DNA of 61,970 nucleotides, counting the filler, from Myxococcota bacterium (GTDB lineage Bacteria > Myxococcota > Myxococcia > Myxococcales > Myxococcaceae), in NCBI GenBank assembly GCA_049322255.1. It is 4 parts of 4 records of this genome, joined end to end, with 100 filler letters (N's around TTAATTAATTAA, not from the genome) between each part and the next. Parts side by side here need not be neighbours in the genome. Positions count along the whole stretch, not along the records: positions 46,955 to 61,970 come from JBMORE010000102.1; 3 more parts are not named here. The stretch is one strand, 5' to 3'. Positions 58,139 through 61,970 of the stretch are shown piece by piece. Made by a program: the position numbers and the translations under genes. Under the pieces are notes generated by a model that did no database searches, was not told where the DNA came from, and worked only from the letters and a program-made list of their open reading frames with translations. Each line of letters starts with the position of its first letter. Positions within the stretch are counted from its first letter, which is position 1.

Positions 58139-59224
58139 GTGAAGAAGACCGTCCAGCTCGTCGCCAGCCTGGCCATCACCGGCGTGTGTTTTTGGTGGAC
58201 GTTCAAGGACACCGATTGGCCACAGATGTGGGCGAGCCTGAAGGCTGCGAACTACCTGTGGCTCTTACCCTACCTGGGCATCCTCACCCTCATTCACCTG
58301 TGCCGCACGCTGCGCTGGGGGAGCCTGCTCTCGGGGATGGAGAAGATTCCCTTCCGCAAGCTGAACGAGGCTTCGGGCATCGGGTTCATGATGCTGATCG
58401 TCCTTCCCTTTCGGCTGGGTGAGTTCGCGCGGCCCTTTCTCCTCGCCCAGCGCAGCAGCATCCGCCGCAGCGCAGCGATGACCACCGTCGTCCTCGAGCG
58501 CATCGTCGACGGCATCATCATCGCGGCGCTCTTGAGGTCGCTGGTGTTCTTTCTTCCCTCCGACAACCCCGAGCTGCGCCACCTCGTCTGGGGAGCGAAC
58601 GTGATGTTCGCGGTCTTCGGCGGGGGGCTCTTGTTCTTGCTCTTCGCCGTCTGGCAGCGAGAACGCGCGGTGGCGTTGGTGCGAGCTACCGCTGGGCGGT
58701 TGTCTTCGGGAGCCGGCGAGAAGGTGGCGGGCATCGTCGACGCGTTCGTGGGAGCGATGCACCATTTGCCCGGCCCCAAGCACCTCTTCCTCTTCTTCTT
58801 CTTCACCGCCGGCTACTGGGTGCTCAACGGGCTGGGCATGTCGATGATGGCCAACGCCTTCGATTGCACGTCGGGCGGCGCGGCGGTGTGCACCCCGATG
58901 TCCCTCACCCCCTTCCAGGGCTACGTGGTGCTCTCGGTGCTCGTGGTGGGAATGATGATTCCCGCGGCGCCGGGGAGCGCCGGCACCTTCCAGGCGGCGA
59001 TTCTCATCGGGCTGTCGGTGTTTTTGCCGCCGGCGGTGGTGAACAGCAGCGGCATCGCTTACGCCAACGTCATCTGGCTCACCCAAATCGCCCAGCAAGT
59101 CGGCTTCGGGATGATTCTCATGGTGCTCGGGCACCAATCGTTCAAGGACCTCGCGGGTCGGCTCAGCCGCGAAGGCGAGCTACTCCCTCTCCCCCTGGGA
59201 GAGGGAAGGGGCGAGGGGCGTTAG
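58139..59224 (+). CDS. Lysylphosphatidylglycerol synthase TM / flippase-like protein (UPF0104)
   Basis: RTLRW, LPFRLGEFAR, VLERIVD, IPAAPGSAGTFQ. Confidence 0.85.
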   Translation: MKKTVQLVASLAITGVCFWWTFKDTDWPQMWASLKAANYLWLLPYLGILTLIHLCRTLRWGSLLSGMEKIPFRKLNEASGIGFMMLIVLPFRLGEFARPFLLAQRSSIRRSAAMTTVVLERIVDGIIIAALLRSLVFFLPSDNPELRHLVWGANVMFAVFGGGLLFLLFAVWQRERAVALVRATAGRLSSGAGEKVAGIVDAFVGAMHHLPGPKHLFLFFFFTAGYWVLNGLGMSMMANAFDCTSGGAAVCTPMSLTPFQGYVVLSVLVVGMMIPAAPGSAGTFQAAILIGLSVFLPPAVVNSSGIAYANVIWLTQIAQQVGFGMILMVLGHQSFKDLAGRLSREGELLPLPLGEGRGEGR

Positions 59225-60631
59225 CTCACGGCGGCGAAGCTCGGCCTCCCACGCGCCTTGGTCGATGCCCGCGCGGTACAGCGAATCACGGCGCGCCTTC
59301 GGCAACTCGAACCACGGGGTCTTCGCCTCCAGCTCGGGCATGGGCGCAAAGAGTGTCTGCCGCGAGGAGGCGGCCTCGATGGCGCGGTCTTTGTTCGAAC
59401 CCTGCATGTCGTAACCCGCCTGCGCCTTGACCGAGAGGTCGCCGATGGTGTGCCCCACGAAGACGCCGCCTCCGAACTGCCCCGTCTTCGGGTTGAACGC
59501 ACTGTAGCCGCCGCCGACCTGGGACAGCTTCAGCTCGAGGCGAACGGTTCCGTCGTCGGAGAGCTGGGCGCCGAGGTCGACTCCTTTTCCGCGGCCGAGG
59601 TGGCTCGTCAAGCCCACGCTGCCCTCGTTCGGCTTGGCGTCGAGGGTCTGGTGGAAGCTCAAGGGGCCCTGACCGATCTCGAGCTTCGTCGGCCCGAGCT
59701 TGGTTTTTCCCTCCACGCGTCCGTACGAGGTGAGGCCGACTTCCGCGCTCGCTCCCTGCGACAGTTTTACTCCTGGGAGACCTACCTTACCCGTCACGCT
59801 CACGCCTGCCGTGATGCGAAGCGAGCCCGCGCGCCGCTCGCCCACCAGATCGCGCACCTTGTCGTCGATCGCCTTGCGGGCCCGGGCGCCTGGGTTCTTG
59901 TTGGATTCGCTGACGCGGCGGCACCAGTTGCCAAGGAGCATTCTGCCGATGACGTCGTTGCTGGTGACTCCCGGCTCGCTGAGGCCGAACGCCGTCACCG
60001 GCTCGCCCATCGCTCGAATGTCGAAGGCTGACTCCGCGGCGCCGACAGCGGCGATGTACCGATCGATGTACGCGCGATGCTCGGCGTAGTACCCGTTGGC
60101 GAGCGCAGCGTTGTGGTCTTGCACCAACATTCGAACCGCCTCAGGGAGGTTCGGGTCGTTGCGAATCAGGTCGGGGGCGTGCGGAGGATTCGCCGCCGTG
60201 CTGCCTTCCGTCACCCGTTGGCCGGGCGAGGTGCTCAAGTAGCGGCGCCCCAGCGCCTGCTCGATGAAGTCGGCGCGGGCCCCCGCTCCGGCATTTTCAA
60301 CGAAGCTCGCCAAGAGCCTGTGGCGGTCCATGCGCCCCAGAACCTCGGCAAAGTCAGCGTCGGACAGCGTGCGCAGCTTGGCATTGACTTGCGCCACGTC
60401 GTCGTCGTTCACCGTCCAGCCCGACAACGCCTGACGAATGGACTCGTAGGCGTCTTTCGGATCGGCAGGCGTGGCGCGGCGCGTCATTCCCGAGCTGTAA
60501 CGAAATGCCTCTACGGTGTTGGTCGAGGCTTCGGGAGAGCGCGGAGGGCGGCCGTCGGCCTCGTTGACCTCTGTCTCATCGAGCTCGATGGACGGGGAGG
60601 GGATGGGGGAATCGGTACGGATGCGTGACAT
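59180..60631 (-). CDS. Hypothetical protein, effector-like architecture
   Basis: AGGAG RBS; no signal peptide; Ser/Pro-rich N-terminus, helical middle, Gly-rich beta-stranded C-terminal third. Confidence 0.65.
   Translation of the reverse strand: MSRIRTDSPIPSPSIELDETEVNEADGRPPRSPEASTNTVEAFRYSSGMTRRATPADPKDAYESIRQALSGWTVNDDDVAQVNAKLRTLSDADFAEVLGRMDRHRLLASFVENAGAGARADFIEQALGRRYLSTSPGQRVTEGSTAANPPHAPDLIRNDPNLPEAVRMLVQDHNAALANGYYAEHRAYIDRYIAAVGAAESAFDIRAMGEPVTAFGLSEPGVTSNDVIGRMLLGNWCRRVSESNKNPGARARKAIDDKVRDLVGERRAGSLRITAGVSVTGKVGLPGVKLSQGASAEVGLTSYGRVEGKTKLGPTKLEIGQGPLSFHQTLDAKPNEGSVGLTSHLGRGKGVDLGAQLSDDGTVRLELKLSQVGGGYSAFNPKTGQFGGGVFVGHTIGDLSVKAQAGYDMQGSNKDRAIEAASSRQTLFAPMPELEAKTPWFELPKARRDSLYRAGIDQGAWEAELRRRELTPLAPSLSQGERE
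59185..59218. repeat. REP-like palindromic element, copy 3 (in the overlap of two convergent CDSs)
   Basis: CCCTCTCCC-CCT-GGGAGAGGG + AAGGGGCGAGGGG. Confidence 0.75.
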
Positions 60632-60702
60632 GGGCGGCTCCTGGGTTGGAGGAACGCCGACCCTCTGTGCAACGCCCGCGCCTTGGTTCCTATAGAGGAG
60701 AG

Positions 60703-60737
60703 AAAACGAAAAGGGCGTCCCTCCCCAGAGACGCCCG
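60703..60737 (-). terminator. Rho-independent terminator of the RHH operon
   Basis: GGGCGTC..GACGCCC stem; the plus-strand A-runs give a U-tract on the minus strand. Confidence 0.6.
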
Positions 60738-60762
60738 TCTCACCGCAAAGACGAACGGCGGC

Positions 60763-60951
60763 CTACAGCTGCTCGTTCAGCCAGCGGATGATCGCCTCTT
60801 TGATCGTCGACTGCTCTTCGCGGACATCGGGTGGCGGAAGCAACGGCTCTTCCTTCTGGGCGTCGAGGCGCAAGGCGGTCGGGTCTTGTTCGGTGTGGAT
60901 GAGTCTGCGCCGGGAATGAGCGACTTGGGTGGCCGCGCGCTGGGTAGACAT
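60763..60951 (-). CDS. Small hypothetical protein coupled to the RHH gene
   Basis: AAGGAGG RBS inside the upstream gene, TGATG coupling; ends IKEAIIRWLNEQL. Confidence 0.6.
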   Translation of the reverse strand: MSTQRAATQVAHSRRRLIHTEQDPTALRLDAQKEEPLLPPPDVREEQSTIKEAIIRWLNEQL

Positions 60952-61184
60952 CACGGCTCCTCCTTGACCGGCCGGCCGTACTTGACCAGGAGGTCGTCGA
61001 CCGCTTCTCGCAGGTACTCGCTCTGGGCGATGCGCGTGCGGCGCGACAGCTCGCGCAGCTTGAGCACCTGCTCCTCGGGCACCAGCACGTGGGTGGAAAC
61101 GACTTCCTTGCTGCCGTCTTCTACCTCGGGAGCCGGTTCGGTCGACGAGCCAATCGCCTCCGCCGGAATGCTGGCGTCCTGCAT
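60951..61184 (-). CDS. Ribbon-helix-helix DNA-binding protein (CdbA/CdbB-like)
   Basis: VSTHVLVPEEQVLKLRELSRRTRIAQSEYLREAVDDLLVKY; AGGAGG RBS. Confidence 0.8.
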   Translation of the reverse strand: MQDASIPAEAIGSSTEPAPEVEDGSKEVVSTHVLVPEEQVLKLRELSRRTRIAQSEYLREAVDDLLVKYGRPVKEEP

Positions 61185-61238
61185 GGTTCCCCTCCTGGGA
61201 ATCGAGTCGCTACAGGCCGCTACCGGCCTGTGCAGGCG

Positions 61239-61266
61239 ATTAGAGACCGGAGGGGAGCACTGTCAA
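61239..61266 (-). promoter_or_regulatory. Putative sigma70 promoter of the RHH gene
   Basis: Perfect TTGACA followed by N16-TCTAAT on the minus strand. Confidence 0.45.
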
Positions 61267-61398
61267 AAAAACGGCCGGAAGTGTGGCGAAAGTCATGCGC
61301 GAGCGGGGCCGCTGCGCGCAACAGGAGCGCGCTGACCTGCGTGGTAGCGGGGTTTTCGACGGGCCGACCCTTTGCATCGCGCTCCCGCGGAGGAACCG

Positions 61399-61881
61399 AT
61401 GCGATTCATTTTCTTGCCTATGTGTGGAGCCTTGTTCGCTTGTGGGGGTGTTCGAGCCCCCGACTTGACCGCGTGGAATTCGGAGACCTCGGCGCTCCAA
61501 GCGCGGGTGAGGGACTACCGAGCCCAGGCCCCGACGACGGCGGTCTTGGACGACTGCCAACGCGAGCTGAGCCGTTATGCGGAGGACGTGCGTCCTCGAC
61601 TCACGCGGATGCAGGCGATGAGCCGAGGCATGGACGAGTGCATGAGTGCGATGGGGCGTTTGAGTGAAGCGGATCTCGCGGCAACCTGCGCTGCGATGGA
61701 CGCCGAGCTCGAGCGTTACGCGAACGAGGGCTGTCGTTCCGTCGATGCGGCACGCAACCGGGCAGACGCCGAGGCCCACTGCGACCAAATGCTGGAGTAT
61801 TTGGACCGCAGCACCATGCGCTCACAGAGCATGAGCTGGATGATGGGCTCGGGGATGATGGCGGGCGGCATATGCCGCTGA
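61399..61881 (+). CDS. Met/Cys-rich helical lipoprotein
   Basis: GGAGGA RBS, lipobox LFAC; 6 further Cys and 13 Met in the mature chain. Confidence 0.7.
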   Translation: MRFIFLPMCGALFACGGVRAPDLTAWNSETSALQARVRDYRAQAPTTAVLDDCQRELSRYAEDVRPRLTRMQAMSRGMDECMSAMGRLSEADLAATCAAMDAELERYANEGCRSVDAARNRADAEAHCDQMLEYLDRSTMRSQSMSWMMGSGMMAGGICR

Positions 61882-61928
61882 CCCCTATGATTTCCGAGGG
61901 CCAACCGCCGTTGTCCAATAAGTGAAAG

Positions 61929-61970
61929 TGGCTAGGGTCGGACTTGAACCGACTACCTGCGGATTATGAG
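61929..61970 (-). tRNA. tRNA with CAT anticodon (probably elongator Met), 5' half outside the window
   Basis: Reverse complement CTCATAA-TCCGC-AGGTA-GTCGG-TTCAAGT-CCGAC-CCTAGCC-A. Confidence 0.85.

Overview
High-GC (roughly 68-70% by eye) bacterial DNA, almost certainly a myxobacterium (Myxococcota, Myxococcaceae-like). Markers are MYXO-CTERM sorting tails, Cys-rich lipoproteins, a prolyl oligopeptidase between clpX and lon, MshEN and DUF4388 signalling proteins, and a CdbA/B-like RHH protein. The window is not one locus. It is four contigs (1-15595, 15696-31272, 31373-46854, 46955-61970) joined by artificial N44-TTAATTAATTAA-N44 spacers, plus a 100-N scaffold gap inside fhs. Contig 1: a tightly packed minus-strand run livK-H-M-G-F / REC-CheB-REC / two DUF4139-type genes, Cys-rich lipoproteins, a small-protein + nucleotidyltransferase module, an exported caspase-TPR-beta-barrel protein, and an IS200 tnpA pseudogene. 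Contig 2: accessory metabolic and surface genes, a second small-protein + nucleotidyltransferase module with a possible frameshifted relic of a third, a divergent fhs, and a beta-barrel coupled to a 1231-aa metalloprotease lipoprotein. Contig 3: housekeeping genes lgt, tRNA-Lys, tRNA-Leu, tig, clpP, clpX, pep, lon, then yqgE-bolA-grxD-Mo oxidoreductase-DUF2914 and pepP. Contig 4: signalling, protease and envelope genes, an effector-like orphan, an RHH operon and a partial tRNA(CAT). No CRISPR array, rRNA, prophage or intact mobile element was found. The best candidates for poorly described systems are the repeated 'MTPxER' + nucleotidyltransferase modules, the barrel + metalloprotease pair, the liv-CheB-DUF4139 operon and a palindromic repeat recruited into coding frames. 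All family assignments come from motif recognition by eye, not database searches.
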